DNA of 64,000 nt from Alphaproteobacteria bacterium (GCA_049601915.1 JBMYRB010000002.1:546800-610799); one strand, 5' to 3'. Numbered from the stretch's first letter, positions 22,131-34,958 are shown. Notes: a model not told the origin generated them from the letters alone. Made by a program: numbers and translations.

Positions 22131-25100
22131 ATGACGGGTGACGAACCCATACGCGCAGCCGAACGCTGGCATTTCTGGATCGACCGGGGCGGCACGTTTA
22201 CCGACATCGTCGGGCGCGTGCCCGACGGATCGTTGCGCACGCACAAACTGCTGTCGGAGAATCCCGAGCACTATGCTGATGCTGCGGTGCAAGGCATTCG
22301 CGACCTGCTCGGGCTGGCCGCTGGTGGGGCGATTCCTGCTGGCCTGATCGGGGCGGTGAAGATGGGTACCACCGTCGCCACCAACGCGCTACTGGAGCGC
22401 AAGGGTGATCGCACTGTGCTGGCGATTACACGCGGGTTCCGCGATGCCTTGCGGATCGGCTACCAGGCTCGCCCGCGATTATTTGACCGGCAAATTATTC
22501 TCCCCGAGCAATTGTACGAAACGGTCGTCGAGATCGACGAGCGGGTGAATGCCAGGGATGAGGTTGTGACGCCGTTCGATGCGGCGGGTGCGCGCGCGGG
22601 ACTGCAGGCGGCCTATGACGATGGCATCCGCGCCGTGGCGATTGCGTTTATGCACGGCTATCGGGTGCCTGATCATGAGCGCGCCTGCGCCGAGATAGCG
22701 CGCGAGATCGGTTTCACCCAGATCTCCGTTAGCCACGAGACCAGCCCGTTGATCAAGCTGGTCGGCCGCGGCGATACCACGGTGGTGGATGCCTACCTGT
22801 CGCCGATCCTGCGCCGGTATGTGGACCGGGTCGCCGACGAATTGGGCGATGTGAACCTGATGTTTATGCAGTCGAACGGCGGCCTGACGGACGCGCATAT
22901 GTTCCAGGGCAAGGACGCGATCCTGTCCGGCCCCGCCGGCGGTGTCGTCGGCGCGGTGCAGGTGAGCGAGGCGGCCGGGTTCGACCGGGTGATCGGCTTC
23001 GACATGGGCGGTACCTCGACTGATGTGACCCATTACTACGGCGAGCTCGAGCGCGCCTTCGAGACCCTGGTGGCTGGTGTGAGAATGCGCGCGCCAATGA
23101 TGCAAATTCACACGGTCGCGGCCGGCGGCGGGTCAATCTGCTCGTTCGACGGCGCGCGTTACCGCGTCGGCCCGGAAAGTGCGGGCGCCGACCCGGGCCC
23201 TGCGAGCTACGGCAAGGGCGGGCCGCTAACGGTCACGGACTGCAACGTGATGTTGGGCAAATTGCAGGCTGAACATTTCCCGTCGGTCTTCGGGCCCGGC
23301 CAGGACTCGCCGCTGGACGCCGATGCGGTGCGCGCAAAGTTCGAGGCGCTGACGGAAGATATCCGCGCGGCGACCGGCGATACCCGCAGCCCTGTCGAGG
23401 TTGCGGAGGGATTCTTGAAGATCGCGGTCGAGAACATGGCCAATGCGATAAAGAAAATCTCCGTCGAACGTGGCTATGACGTGACGCAATACACGCTTTG
23501 CGCTTTTGGCGGCGCGGCCGGTCAGCATGCCTGCCTGGTGGCCGATGCGCTCGGCATGACCCGCGTGTTGCTGCACCCGTTCGCCGGTGTTCTGTCGGCC
23601 TATGGCATGGGGCTGGCCGATATCCGGGCGCTACGCGAGCAATCCGTCGAAGCGCCGCTCGGTGATGCGGTCGATGAGAGGGTCGCTACGATCCTCGAAC
23701 AACTCGCCGGTGCGGCCCGGGATGAGGTCTCGGGTCAGGGTGTCGATGATGCGCACATTTCGGTCCGCCGACGACTGCACCTTCGCTACGAAGGAACGGA
23801 CACACCGCTTGAGGTCGATTTTTCAGGTGCGGCCGAGATGGCGGACAGCTTTACCGAGATGTATCGCCAGCGCTACGGCTTCACGATGCCCGAAAAGGCG
23901 CTGATCGTGGAGACCGCGGCCGTCGAGGCGATCGGTGCATCGGACCAGAACGCCGAAGCGGGCCTGGCGCCGGATGTGGCGGGGGATGCGGCACCGGTCG
24001 ATCAGGTTGCTGCCCACATGGAGGGTGCCGCTTACACGACCCCGGTCTATGAGCGTGAGGCGCTGGCGCCCGGTGTTGCGATCGATGGCCCCGCGATCGT
24101 CAGCGAAGCCGTGGCGACCACGATCATCGAACCGGGCTGGCGCGCGGCGATGACCGCGCGCGGCGATCTGGTGATCGAACGCGTGGTGGCCGCGGAACGC
24201 GCCGCCGCAATCGGCACGGATGTCGATCCGGTGATGCTCGAAGTCTTCAACAATCTCTACATGTCGATCGCCGAGCAGATGGGCGTGACACTCCAGAACA
24301 CCGCCTACTCGGTCAACATCAAGGAGCGGCTGGACTTCTCCTGTGCGATCTTCGCACCCGACGGGAATCTGGTTGCCAACGCGCCCCATATGCCGGTGCA
24401 TCTTGGCTCTATGTCGGAAAGTATCCGCGTGGTGATCTGGGAGAACGCGTCGCGGATGGCGCCCGGCGATGTGTACATGCTCAACGCGCCATACAACGGC
24501 GGCACCCACTTGCCCGACCTGACGGTCATCACGCCCGTGTTCGATGACGCGGGTCGTGAAATTCTTTTCTACGTCGGCAGCCGTGGCCATCACGCCGACA
24601 TTGGCGGTATATCGCCCGGCTCTATGCCGCCGGACTCGCGCACCATCGACGATGAGGGCGTGCTGATCGACAACTTCAAGGCGGTCGACGCGGGTGCGTT
24701 CCGTGAGGACGCGATCCGCGACCTGCTCGGCTCGGGTGCGCATCCGGCGCGCAACCCGGATCAAAATGTCGCCGATCTCAAGGCCCAGATCGCGGCCAAC
24801 GAAAAGGGCGTGTCGGAATTGCGCCGGATGGTCGAACAGTTCGGTCTGGACACGGTCCACGCCTATATGGGCCATGTACAGGACAATGCCGAGGAATCCG
24901 TGCGCCGGGTGCTCGACGTCCTGCGCGACGGGGAATTCACCTACCCGCTGGACAACGGTGCGGAAATCTGTGTCGCGATCTCGATCGATCGGGCGACGCG
25001 CAGCGCGAAGGTCGACTTCACCGGCACCAGCGCTCAGCTCGACAGCAACTTCAACGCGCCGACGGCGATCGCACGGGCGGCGGTGCTCTATGTTTTCCGC

Positions 25101-25769
25101 ACCCTGGTCGACGATGAAATCCCGATGAACGAGGGCTGCCTCAAGCCGATCGAGATCGTGATCCCGCAACGATCCATGCTGGCACCCGAATACCCGGCGG
25201 CCGTGGTCGCGGGCAATGTCGAGACCAGCCAGGCGCTGACCGACAGCCTCTATGGCGCGCTTGGCGTGATGGCGGCAGCCCAGGGAACCATGAACAATTT
25301 CACCTTCGGCAACGCCTCCCATCAGTATTACGAGACAATCTGTGGCGGCTCGGGGGCGGGCCCGGATTTCGATGGCACGTCGGCCGTACACACCCACATG
25401 ACCAATTCGCGCCTGACCGATCCGGAAATTCTCGAATGGCGCTTTCCGGTGTTGCTGGAGAGCTTTGAGGTTCGCGAGGGGTCGGGTGGCTTGGGTGCCC
25501 ACCACGGCGGCAATGGTGCGCGGCGACGCGTGCGGTTCCTCGAAAACATGGATGTCATGATCCTAGCCAATCACCGCGAGATCCCGCCCTATGGTCTGGC
25601 GGGTGGTGGCGATGGTGCCGTGGGCCGAAACTGGCTGGAACGCGTCGATGGCTCGCTGGTGGAAATGTCCGGGACCGATCGAACGCAGGCCGGCCCCGGG
25701 GATGTGTTCGTGATCGAAACACCGGGCGGCGGTGGATACGGGGCAGCCGAACCCGTTGCCGCTGAGTAA
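22131..25769 (+). CDS. ATP-dependent 5-oxoprolinase (fused hydantoinase A/B type)
   Basis: [56 protein letters not shown]; 1212 aa, intact. Confidence 0.93.
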   Translation: MTGDEPIRAAERWHFWIDRGGTFTDIVGRVPDGSLRTHKLLSENPEHYADAAVQGIRDLLGLAAGGAIPAGLIGAVKMGTTVATNALLERKGDRTVLAITRGFRDALRIGYQARPRLFDRQIILPEQLYETVVEIDERVNARDEVVTPFDAAGARAGLQAAYDDGIRAVAIAFMHGYRVPDHERACAEIAREIGFTQISVSHETSPLIKLVGRGDTTVVDAYLSPILRRYVDRVADELGDVNLMFMQSNGGLTDAHMFQGKDAILSGPAGGVVGAVQVSEAAGFDRVIGFDMGGTSTDVTHYYGELERAFETLVAGVRMRAPMMQIHTVAAGGGSICSFDGARYRVGPESAGADPGPASYGKGGPLTVTDCNVMLGKLQAEHFPSVFGPGQDSPLDADAVRAKFEALTEDIRAATGDTRSPVEVAEGFLKIAVENMANAIKKISVERGYDVTQYTLCAFGGAAGQHACLVADALGMTRVLLHPFAGVLSAYGMGLADIRALREQSVEAPLGDAVDERVATILEQLAGAARDEVSGQGVDDAHISVRRRLHLRYEGTDTPLEVDFSGAAEMADSFTEMYRQRYGFTMPEKALIVETAAVEAIGASDQNAEAGLAPDVAGDAAPVDQVAAHMEGAAYTTPVYEREALAPGVAIDGPAIVSEAVATTIIEPGWRAAMTARGDLVIERVVAAERAAAIGTDVDPVMLEVFNNLYMSIAEQMGVTLQNTAYSVNIKERLDFSCAIFAPDGNLVANAPHMPVHLGSMSESIRVVIWENASRMAPGDVYMLNAPYNGGTHLPDLTVITPVFDDAGREILFYVGSRGHHADIGGISPGSMPPDSRTIDDEGVLIDNFKAVDAGAFREDAIRDLLGSGAHPARNPDQNVADLKAQIAANEKGVSELRRMVEQFGLDTVHAYMGHVQDNAEESVRRVLDVLRDGEFTYPLDNGAEICVAISIDRATRSAKVDFTGTSAQLDSNFNAPTAIARAAVLYVFRTLVDDEIPMNEGCLKPIEIVIPQRSMLAPEYPAAVVAGNVETSQALTDSLYGALGVMAAAQGTMNNFTFGNASHQYYETICGGSGAGPDFDGTSAVHTHMTNSRLTDPEILEWRFPVLLESFEVREGSGGLGAHHGGNGARRRVRFLENMDVMILANHREIPPYGLAGGGDGAVGRNWLERVDGSLVEMSGTDRTQAGPGDVFVIETPGGGGYGAAEPVAAE

Positions 25770-25804
25770 CGCGTGCTGAACCCGAGGAGGGCGCGATAAC
25801 GTTA

Positions 25805-26200
25805 ATGGATTGTCGTGATGTGCCGGTCTCAACCGGTAATCAGGACTCACTGGCTCGGCGCGAGACCGCACTCACGCTTTTGAATGGCTATTTTCTCGAC
25901 CCCCTTGAGGAAATCGAGACCGCATTGGCCGAGGATCCTGAATTCATCATGGGTCACTGCCTGCGCGGCGGCATGATGGCCGTCGCGGCGGAGAAGGCGG
26001 CCGAACCTTTCCTGCGCGAGAGTGTCGAGGTCGCAGAAGCGCTGGCGGACAAGGCCAACGACAGAGAGCGCGGCCATATCGCGGCCATGCGCGCATGGCT
26101 CGACCGCGACTTTGCGGTGGCCGTGATAATGCTGACCGCATCGGTGCTGGCATTCGTCTGTGCGGCGTTCCTGACCCGGGTTGGTGCCGACCGCAGCTAA
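25805..26200 (+). pseudogene. Chimeric remnant: TTC38-like TPR N-terminus fused to a terminal TM helix
   Basis: About 104 aa resembling TTC38-family N-termini (AEDPEFIMGH..., RERGHIAA..AW), then an abrupt switch to VAVIMLTASVLAFVCAAFL and a stop. Confidence 0.6.
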
Positions 26201-27951
26201 TCGCCACGCGCGATACCCTCACGCCGCGGATCGGCGCCGCCGCGCAGCATTCCGTCGACGATCTCGATCCCGTGCAGACCGCTGTTCAGGTCGCGCACCC
26301 GCACCGTGTGTCCCAGCGTCTTGAGCATGGGCGCCAGTGCCGCCGCCTCGGTCCCGGCCTCGACGTCGGTGGCACCATTGCGGTTAACCACATGGCCCAA
26401 ATCGATGGCCGCCTGGATGTCCATATCCCAGTCCAGTGCCGCGACCAGGGTCTTGGCGACATAACCGATGATGCGGCTGCCCCCGGGAGATCCAACGATC
26501 AGGCGGAGCGAGCCGTCGGCGTTGAAGACGAGCGTCGGGGCCATAGAGCTGCGCGGGCGTTTGCGTGGCTCGACACGATTGGCCACAGATTTTCCGTCGC
26601 GGATGGGGACAAAGGAGAAGTCCGTGAGTTCATTGTTGAGCAGGAACCCCCGAACCATCAGCTGGGAGCCGAATGCGCCCTCGATCGTGGTCGTCATCGA
26701 CACGGCGTTGCCGGCGTCGTCAACGATCGAGATGTGGCTGGTGCCCGGCCGTCCGCGCTGCTTGTCCGGCGCGTGTATCGGTTTGGGTGTGCCAGGCGGG
26801 AGGCCGTGGACAACCGGCGGCAGGATGGCTGTCTCCGGGCGGATCAAGGTGGCGCGTTTCAGAACATAATCAGGATCCAGCAGCCCCGCTTCGGGGACGG
26901 AGATGAAATCGCTATCGGCGATGTACTGGTTGCGATCGGCGAATGCGAGTTTCGAGGCTTCGGCCAGAAGATGCCAGCTTTGGGGGTCATCGGGTGTCAT
27001 GGCGCGCAGGTCGAAAGCGCTTAGCATGCCCAGGGTCTGACCCACCGTCAGGCCGCCGGAACTCGGCGGCCCCATGCCGCACACCCGGTAACTGCGGTAA
27101 CCATGGCAAACCGGGTCTCGGCGGACAATGTCGTAGGATGCGAGATCAGCCAGTGAGAGGCTCCCGGGGTTGCCGGTCGCATTGCGGACTGCGGCGACGA
27201 TGTCTTCGGCGATTGCGCCCGAATAGAAGGCCGCCGGGCCGCGTTCTGCGATCGCGATCAGGGTTTCGGCGAATTGCAGGTTGGTCCTGCGCGCACCGGC
27301 GCGCAGAGGCTCGCCGCCGGGAAAGAAATAGTCTCGTGCGGCGGCGTAGGTCCGAAGTCGCTGTCCACGATCACTGGCGAGCATTTTCGCGAGCCTTGGG
27401 CCGACGATGAACCCTTCCCGGGCGAGACGAATTGCTGGTGCAAACAGCTCCGGCCAGGTCAATTTCCCGTGTTCCTGAAACAGCCGGGCCAGCAATGCGA
27501 CGGTTCCCGGCGTGCCGACGGACCGCCCGCCGACGACGGCCGCGCCGAAGTTCATGGGTGTGCCGTCTTCGGTCAAAAACAGGTCCGGGGTTGCCGCGAT
27601 GGGCGCCGTTTCACGGCCGTCGAATGCCACGGTCCGGTTCTTCGTGGAATCATGGAAAAGCAGGAAAGCCCCCCCGCCGATGCCGGAGCTTTGGGGCTCC
27701 ACGAGACTGAGGACGAGCTGCACGGCGATCGCCGCGTCGGCTGCACTTCCGCCGCGTCGCAGCATCTCCAGCCCCGCCGCGACGGCGTCGGGGTGGGCGG
27801 CGGCAACCATGTGACGCTTGGCCGTCACGAGTTTGTTCACGCTCCGGCCCGTTGAATCCTCGGGCTGGTTTTGCTGTCCCATGACAGGCACTGCGGCAAC
27901 GGTGCAGGCGGCGATAATTCCGATTCTGATCTTGCGATGAAGGCGCTTCAT
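26197..27951 (-). CDS. ggt: Gamma-glutamyltransferase
   Basis: Signal peptide, EPQSSGIGGG, DGRETAP, GTSHIS (catalytic Thr), LNNELTDF, RPRSSMAP, GSPGG, DPRREG; start at MKRLHRK. Confidence 0.96.
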   Translation of the reverse strand: MKRLHRKIRIGIIAACTVAAVPVMGQQNQPEDSTGRSVNKLVTAKRHMVAAAHPDAVAAGLEMLRRGGSAADAAIAVQLVLSLVEPQSSGIGGGAFLLFHDSTKNRTVAFDGRETAPIAATPDLFLTEDGTPMNFGAAVVGGRSVGTPGTVALLARLFQEHGKLTWPELFAPAIRLAREGFIVGPRLAKMLASDRGQRLRTYAAARDYFFPGGEPLRAGARRTNLQFAETLIAIAERGPAAFYSGAIAEDIVAAVRNATGNPGSLSLADLASYDIVRRDPVCHGYRSYRVCGMGPPSSGGLTVGQTLGMLSAFDLRAMTPDDPQSWHLLAEASKLAFADRNQYIADSDFISVPEAGLLDPDYVLKRATLIRPETAILPPVVHGLPPGTPKPIHAPDKQRGRPGTSHISIVDDAGNAVSMTTTIEGAFGSQLMVRGFLLNNELTDFSFVPIRDGKSVANRVEPRKRPRSSMAPTLVFNADGSLRLIVGSPGGSRIIGYVAKTLVAALDWDMDIQAAIDLGHVVNRNGATDVEAGTEAAALAPMLKTLGHTVRVRDLNSGLHGIEIVDGMLRGGADPRREGIARGD

Positions 27952-28159
27952 GATGACAAGCTGCCATGAAATCAGCGGCGAACCCAACTGTGCGCACCGT
28001 CGCATCTTCGCCAGCCAAATCATGTGCATATCTCGGGTGGTTCGGTTTGCGTCCAAATGGTTGATATTCTAGCTTTCGACCATGGCGCGAACCGGGCCAG
28101 AAACCATTCTGGCTCGCTGAACGTGCAGGCGCACCGGACACTTTTGGAGACGCCGTCTC

Positions 28160-31100
28160 ATGCGAAAATTACTCATCGGCCTTGCTGTTCCAGCCGTCGT
28201 TGTTGTTGCTCTTGCCTTTGCCGGTCCGCTCCTTATCCCGGCTGATTCCGTAAAGGCGGATATCGCACGGGAGGTTGCAAAGGCCACCGGCCGTGACCTT
28301 TCGATCGACGGTTCACTGAAGTTCCGCATACTCCCCGCACCGGGTGTCTCGGCCAAGGACGTGCGGTTGTCGAACGCCGTGGGCGGCAGCGCGCCCGATA
28401 TGATTCAGTTAAAGGCGGCGGCTGTCGAGGTTGCGCTGTTTCCGCTGGTTACAGGAAACATTCAAGTGAGCCGGGTCGTGCTTTCCGAACCCGCTATTCT
28501 GCTCGAGACCTACGAGAACGGCTCGAATAACTGGACGTTTGAGCCTCCACCCGGCGCGTCGCTCGCCGCTTCTGGCGGCAACAGCGTTGCCGCGTCATAC
28601 TCCGGCACGGACGGGTCACCAACGCCTGCCGTGCGGCTGGATAATGTGGTGGTAGAAGGCGGCACACTCATCTTCCGCACGCCCGATAGCGTCGAACGCG
28701 TTGATGATATTAATGTCTCGCTCGGCGCAGCCACCCTCAAGGGTCCTTTCCGCGCCGAAGGGGCGGTCAGCGCGCGGGGTATTTCGATCGGTGTCGATGC
28801 CGCGATCGGCGAACTTGCGACGGACCGTGCGACGCCCGTCAATCTGAAGATATCAGCGGGTGGGGCCGAGATCAGCTATTCCGGAGCGCTCGCCGGTGCG
28901 CCGGATGCGGCGCGACTGTCAGGCCAAATCGAAGTGCGTGCAGATGATTTGTCGGCGCTCATCGCTGCGGTTTCCGATGGGCCCGCACCCGCCGCGCTCA
29001 AGGGTAAGGCGCTGGAGATGGACGTGACGCTCGCGGTCAGCCAGGAGACGATCTCAATCGACGATCTGGCCGTACGGTTGGGTGACGATTCGGCCACGGG
29101 CGCAGTTGATGTAACACTGGGTGATACGCCGTCGGCGACACTGGTGCTCAACCTGGCTCAGCTCGATCTGGATCGCCTCCTGGCCGCGACACCGGGCTCA
29201 ACAGCTTCGCGCGATGGTTCGGGCGGTGACGCGCCGGCGAAACGTCGCGAAGCGACAGACGGAGCGGCCGCGACCCAAGCTGCAAAGGGTTCCGCTTTCA
29301 CACTGCCGAAAGGCATTTCGGCGACGCTTGAAACGAAGATAGACGCAATCGTTTATCGCGGCGGGGTCGTCCGCCAGGCTCGGCTCAATACCGAGTTGGC
29401 CGACGGCAGCGTGACGATTTCGCAAGCCACAGCGCAATTTCCAGGTGGTGCGCAGGCATCTTTGCTCGGGTTCGTATCGGCGGCGGAGGCCGGGCCCAAG
29501 TTCGAAGGCCAAGGGGAATTGTCGGCAGATGACTTCCGGGCGTTTCTGCAATGGGCTGGGATTGACGTTGCATCCGTGCCCCAGGATCGCCTGCGCAAGA
29601 TGACCGGATCGGTGTCGATCGATGCAACACCCGAGAATGTAACACTCACCGATATCGATGTCAGCGTCGACGTTTCGCGCATGCGTGGCGGCGTTGCGAT
29701 CGCGGTGCGTGAGCGGCTTGGATTTGGCGTCGGGCTTTCGCTCGACAAGCTGAATGTCGATGCATATCTGCCGGCTCCGACAGCGGCGGGTGCAGCCGGC
29801 TCGCCGGCGGACGCAGCAAGCGCCAACGCAGCGTCCGGCGGCAAAGCTGCCCAAGGGGACGCTGGCTCCGGTGGGCTTGCTGGGCTCAATGCTTTTGATG
29901 CGATCCTCCAGTTGAAAGTCGGCGAAGTGGTCCTGCGTGATCAGCGTCTGAGCGGCATCAATCTCGATGCAACATTGCAGGGCGGCACCCTCGAGTTGCG
30001 CGACATGTCGGTGGAAAGTCTTGCGGGTGCTAATGCATCCGTGAATGGGCGCGTTGACGGGTTGGCCGGTGCGCCGAAAGCGGATGTGACCATCAATATC
30101 GACGCGCGCAATGGCGACAGGCTGCTCGCCCTGACGGGTGTCGACGTGCCGGTGAGACTGGGAGCCACGAAGGTCGATGGCACGCTCAGGGGGGATGTGC
30201 AGAACCTGACGGTGGATCTGGCCCTCAATTCTATGGGCGCCAGAATGCGGGCGGCGGGCACTCTCGGCATTCTGGCCATTCCGCCAAACTATGACGTGAG
30301 GTTAGATATTGATCACCCCGATGCGGCGGATTTTGCAGCGCGGGTGCGCGGTGAAGAGACTGGCGGAATGGCTAAGTTCGGTGCGCTTGCGGCACGTGCA
30401 AGCGTGCGCGGCGACCTTTCCGCGAGTGACATTGATGCGTCGATTGGCGTCGGACCTGGTGAAATCAGTGCGCGCGGAAGGCTGACCAATCTTGCGGCCG
30501 GCAGCCCGCAAGGCAATCTTGCGATCAATGCGGCTCATCCCGACATGGTGGCGTTCACGCGGCTCTTGTCTCCCGGCTACAAGCCGTCGAAGGCCGACCT
30601 CGGATCTTTTGCCCTGAAGACGGAACTGGCACTCGCGGCCAATGCGATGACGTTGGACAACCTTGAGGGCAATGCGGGCCCGGTTGGATTTAAGGGCAGC
30701 GCGAATGTGGATACGGGCGGCGCGCGCCCCAATGTAGTGGCGAGCCTCGAGACGGGTGAGATCGTCGTCGACTGGTTTCTGCCGACACCGGCGGGGGCGG
30801 CGTCTACGGCTTCGAATGGGCGCCGCGGCGCTGCTGCCGGGGCCTCGACCAATGGCGTGCCCAGCGCTGGTCGCGTGAGCCGATTGAATTGTCCGCGCTG
30901 CGTGCCGCCGACGCGGACATCAAGCTTTCCGCGCCGGCGATCACCTACACCAATATTCGTGTCGACGAGCCGCGTCTCTCGATCACGCTTGATGATGGTG
31001 TGCTGGATCTTTCCGAGTTGTCGGGTAAGGCATTTGGGGGCGGATTCAACATGACCGGCCAGGTGGCGGCGGGCGATATTCCGACCATGCGCTACGCGAT

Positions 31101-31836
31101 GCGGGTCGAGAATGCCGACGCGGCGAAGTTCCTCGGCGAGGGCGCCAGCGGTGAGCGCGGTGTGATATCGGTCGTCGACCTTCTCTTCCCGGTCTCCGAC
31201 GTGACGCTCGCATCGGGTCGATTGGGTGCGGATCTGGACGTGGCATCGCGCGGCCGCAGCGAGTTCGAGATGATTTCAAATCTCGCCGGCAAGGGCGCGA
31301 TGCGGTTTACCGATGCCGTGGTCGAGGGAGTAGATGTCTGCCAGATCAGCGATCAGCTCGATCGGCTCAATGGGATCGAAGGGTTCCTCGGGCTTGCGTT
31401 ATCCGGGCGTGGCGGCCAAACCAAAATCGCGAACTTTGACGGCAGATTTGATCTTGCCGAGGGCATCGCTACCCTGCCGCAACAGCAAATCAATGCGGAT
31501 TGTGCAGCGGTGGCGTTCAGCGGCACCACCAATCTACCAGCCTGGACGGTTGATATTCGCGCACGCGCCGGATTCCCCGCTCATTCGGAGTTCGCAGGCG
31601 TCGTGGTCGAGCAGAAGGGGCCGCTTGATGCACCAAACACGCGTCTGGTGAACGTCAACGAGATAAATCAGTTCATCGTCGGCAAGGCCGCCGGTTCGAT
31701 CCTGCGCAAGCTGTTGCCGGGTGGAAATCAGGAACAGGCACCGACGACGGGTGGGAGCACGACGCAGGAGCCGGCGCCAAAGAAGCCGGAAGATCAGTTT
31801 CGAAACTTGCTGGAAGGCCTGATTCGCGGTCGATAG
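28160..31836 (+). pseudogene. AsmA-family protein, frameshifted near 30855
   Basis: N-terminal TM and AsmA N-terminus (KATGRDLSIDG...NNWTF). The reading continues in another frame as QRWSREPIELSALRAADAD to 31836; about 1225 aa if joined. Confidence 0.8.
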
Positions 31837-31875
31837 CCGGGTCAGGTGCCGGGCCGTAGACGCCTGAAAAAGCCG

Positions 31876-32115
31876 CTATTTCCGAAGATCGTTCAGGATA
31901 AAGACCCGGATTGCGCTCGACAGGCTGCCATCGCGGTTCCGGTCGATCTCGGTCACGAGATCGTTCACCGATATACGCCGGGATTTGGCGATCGAGCGCA
32001 GATGTTCCCAGAATACATTCTCAAGGGAAACGCTCGTTCGGTGCCCGGCGACCACGACGGAACGTTTCTTGTTCGTTGACTGGCGCGGCAGGGTATCGAC
32101 AACGTTGCTGATCAT
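31876..32115 (-). CDS. Ribbon-helix-helix domain protein (RHH_4-like)
   Basis: [19 protein letters not shown]...LSSAIRVF; start overlaps the fumC stop. Confidence 0.88.
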   Translation of the reverse strand: MISNVVDTLPRQSTNKKRSVVVAGHRTSVSLENVFWEHLRSIAKSRRISVNDLVTEIDRNRDGSLSSAIRVFILNDLRK

Positions 32116-33506
32116 GTCGGCTTAATCATGTTTTCTGGTTTCACCCACTCATCATACTGCTCCGCTGTGAGCAGGCCTAAGTCAATTGCGGCCTCTTTTA
32201 GGGTACTACCATCGGAAAACGCCTTTTTCGCGACTTTCGCGGCATTATCGTACCCAATGTGCGGATTGAGTGCGGTTACGAGCATCAGCGATTGGGCCAT
32301 CAACTCGGCGATCCGGTCATGATTCGCTTCGATCCCGTCAACACAGCGATCCGTGAAGCTGCGGCACGCATCCTCGAGCAGACGTGCCGAGCGGAGCACA
32401 TTGAAAATAATGACCGGCTTGAACACGTTCAGTTCGAAATGACCATTGCTGCCCGCGACCGTGACCGCGACGTGGTTGCCCATGATTTCCGCCGACACCA
32501 TCGTCAACGCCTCGCACTGCGTCGGGTTGATCTTGCCGGGCATGATTGACGAACCGGGCTCGTTCGCGGGCAGGCTCAGCTCACCGATCCCGCTGCGCGG
32601 ACCCGAACCGAGGAACCGGATATCGTTGGCGATCTTCATCGCCGCCGCCGCGCCGACGTTCAGGGCGCCGGATGCGGCGACCATGGCATCATGGGCCGCG
32701 AGGCCGGCAAACTTGTTGGGCATCGTAACGAACGGCTTGCCCGTTATGCCGGCCACTTCTTCGGCAAAGCGCTCGGCGAAACCGACTGGTGTGTTCAGGC
32801 CCGTGCCGACCGCTGTGCCGCCCTGCGCCAGTTGAAGGAGGTCGGGGGTGGCGCGTTCGATTCCGGCGATGACCGCGTCGACCTGAGCCGCATAGCCTGA
32901 AAATTCCTGTCCCAACGTTAGCGGAGTCGCGTCTTGAGTGTGCGTGCGGCCGATCTTGATGACGTCCGCAAATTTCGTCGCCTTGGCTTCGAGCGCGTCT
33001 TTGAGATGCGTAAGCCCCGGGATCAGCCGGTCCTGAAATTCGATGGCCGCGGCGATATGCATCGCGGCGGGGAAGGTGTCGTTTGAGGACTGGCTGCGGT
33101 TCACATGGTCGTTCGGGTGAACCGGGGATTTGTCCCCCGGTTTGCCGCCGAGAATTTCGTTGGCGCGGTTGGCGATGACCTCATTGGCGTTCATGTTCGA
33201 CTGGGTGCCCGAACCTGTTTGCCAGACGACCAGCGGGAAGTTGTCATCGTACTTGCCGTCGATAACTTCCTGGGCGGCTTCGATCACGGCGTTGGCGACC
33301 TCCGGCTCTAGCTGTCCGAGCGCCAGATTGGCCTTGGCGGCTGCCTGCTTCTGTATACCCAGGGCGCGCACCAGCGCGGTCGGCATGCGGTCGTCGCCGA
33401 TCGGAAAATTCTCGATGCTCCGTTGGGTCTGGGCGCCCCAGTATTTGTCGGCGGGGACAGCCACCTCGCCCATCGTGTCGCTTTCGGTGCGGGTCTTGTT
33501 CGTCAT
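32112..33506 (-). CDS. fumC: Class II fumarate hydratase
   Basis: [48 protein letters not shown] motifs. Confidence 0.98.
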   Translation of the reverse strand: MTNKTRTESDTMGEVAVPADKYWGAQTQRSIENFPIGDDRMPTALVRALGIQKQAAAKANLALGQLEPEVANAVIEAAQEVIDGKYDDNFPLVVWQTGSGTQSNMNANEVIANRANEILGGKPGDKSPVHPNDHVNRSQSSNDTFPAAMHIAAAIEFQDRLIPGLTHLKDALEAKATKFADVIKIGRTHTQDATPLTLGQEFSGYAAQVDAVIAGIERATPDLLQLAQGGTAVGTGLNTPVGFAERFAEEVAGITGKPFVTMPNKFAGLAAHDAMVAASGALNVGAAAAMKIANDIRFLGSGPRSGIGELSLPANEPGSSIMPGKINPTQCEALTMVSAEIMGNHVAVTVAGSNGHFELNVFKPVIIFNVLRSARLLEDACRSFTDRCVDGIEANHDRIAELMAQSLMLVTALNPHIGYDNAAKVAKKAFSDGSTLKEAAIDLGLLTAEQYDEWVKPENMIKPT

Positions 33507-33576
33507 CACTTCCTCCGGGTTTGGCGCGCATTATCGTCGCCGCATTCCATAGGTAAAGGCTTAACGCGCTTTTGCG

Positions 33577-33945
33577 TCAGGATTTGCGCGGTTTCTTCTT
33601 CGCTTGAGTGCGATTCGCGGCCGCGAGCGCCATGTGGGCCCAGGGGCGCAGCTCTGCGATATCTTCCGCCGCATCGTCGGGCACCGTCAGGTAATACAAT
33701 TCCACCGACTTCCCTGCCTTGTTGTAGGTGAAGGGGTCGCAGCCGGCGTCGAGAAAAGCGGGTTTGGTCTCTTCATCGACTTTCAGATAAAGGACCTCGT
33801 CGGCAATCAGAGCGAACATGACGCCGTCGCAGAAAATGCCATGGCCGCCGAACATCCGGCGTAGCCGCGTGCCCTGATCGAAGGGCGCCCCGACGCCGGT
33901 CAGCAAGTCACATGCGTGTTCGGCAAATTCCTGGCCCTGTCGCAT
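33577..33945 (-). CDS. TfoX N-terminal domain protein
   Basis: RRMFGGHGIF..GVMFALI...LYLKVD motif; 122 aa. Confidence 0.85.
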   Translation of the reverse strand: MRQGQEFAEHACDLLTGVGAPFDQGTRLRRMFGGHGIFCDGVMFALIADEVLYLKVDEETKPAFLDAGCDPFTYNKAGKSVELYYLTVPDDAAEDIAELRPWAHMALAAANRTQAKKKPRKS

Positions 33946-33957
33946 GCGCGTGCGTTT

Positions 33958-34509
33958 CTACTTTTTGCGGAACTGATCCAGATTGACCACTTCTGCGCCG
34001 TCCCCTTCGTCTTCGGGTTCACCCTCCGGTTCGGCGCCATCACGACCGCCATCGGGGTGGGATTCTTCTACGTCGCTTGCGCTCGCCATATTGTCGGGCA
34101 CGGGGACCAAGTCTCCCTCGGAGCGGATAGACGGCACCACGACGCTGCTGCCGGTTTCAACATTGAACTGAAGTCCGAATTTCACCGAGGGATCGACGAA
34201 CGCCGACAGCGCGGCATATGGAACGCGCAGTTCGGCCGGAAGATTCTTGAAGCTGAGGGTAATGGAGAAAAAGCTGTCCTCGACGGCAAGGTCCCAAAAC
34301 TGGTGCTGCATCACGATCGTCATTTCTTCGGGGTATTGATCGTGCAGATAGTCGGGAATCGAAACCCCCGGTGCCTGGGTACGGAAGGTCAGATAAAAAT
34401 GATGATCACCGGGTAACCCCTCATGGAGGGTCCGGGTCAGCGCCTCGCGGACAACGCCCCTGAGGGCGGTCTCCACCATCTGATCGTATCGCATGTGGTC
34501 GTCGGTCAT
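33958..34509 (-). CDS. sspB: ClpXP adaptor SspB (alphaproteobacterial type)
   Basis: GLPGDHHFYLTF, YPEEMTIVMQHQFW, FVDPSVKFGLQF and C-terminal VVNLDQFRKK ClpX-binding tail. Confidence 0.95.
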   Translation of the reverse strand: MTDDHMRYDQMVETALRGVVREALTRTLHEGLPGDHHFYLTFRTQAPGVSIPDYLHDQYPEEMTIVMQHQFWDLAVEDSFFSITLSFKNLPAELRVPYAALSAFVDPSVKFGLQFNVETGSSVVVPSIRSEGDLVPVPDNMASASDVEESHPDGGRDGAEPEGEPEDEGDGAEVVNLDQFRKK

Positions 34510-34662
34510 CGTCCCGATTTGGATGCGCGTCTGTTCGGGACGCTGGTCAACAATTGTAAAAGCTGAATATCGTGCACCGCGTCGCGAAGAGCAACGGTTT
34601 GCCGAACAAGATTATCGCGAATATGTGGATGCAATATGAAGGGCAGGGCCGGTGGTGCTTAT

Positions 34663-34958
34663 AAGTGGGGGGCTTCTGTTGCCCGGTGCCCCCCGAACCG
34701 CGCTTGTTATCGCTTATTAAGCGGCAACAGCAGAGGTTTCAACATTATCGTTGGCACCTATGAATATGGCCCGATGTCGGTGGTACCATGCCGGACGAAA
34801 GTTCAGCCTTTACGCGCCCGTCGATCCTGTTTCGCCCCCATTACGGTTACGGCCGGGGCCGTGAAAATCCGACATCAATGGTGGAGGCGCCGGGTACTGC
34901 CCCCGGGTCCGAACGTTTATTGCGCAAAACGTTTATCGCCATAGTCGAGTAAACCCGA
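34663..34958 (-). ncRNA. ssrA: Two-piece (circularly permuted) tmRNA
   Basis: Minus-strand order: acceptor piece ending CGCCTCCACCA (34879); 39-nt spacer; coding piece starting GGGGGCG (34839), giving the G3-U70 pair. Tag ANDNVETSAVAA plus two stops at 34755-34714. Outer ends approximate. Confidence 0.95.
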
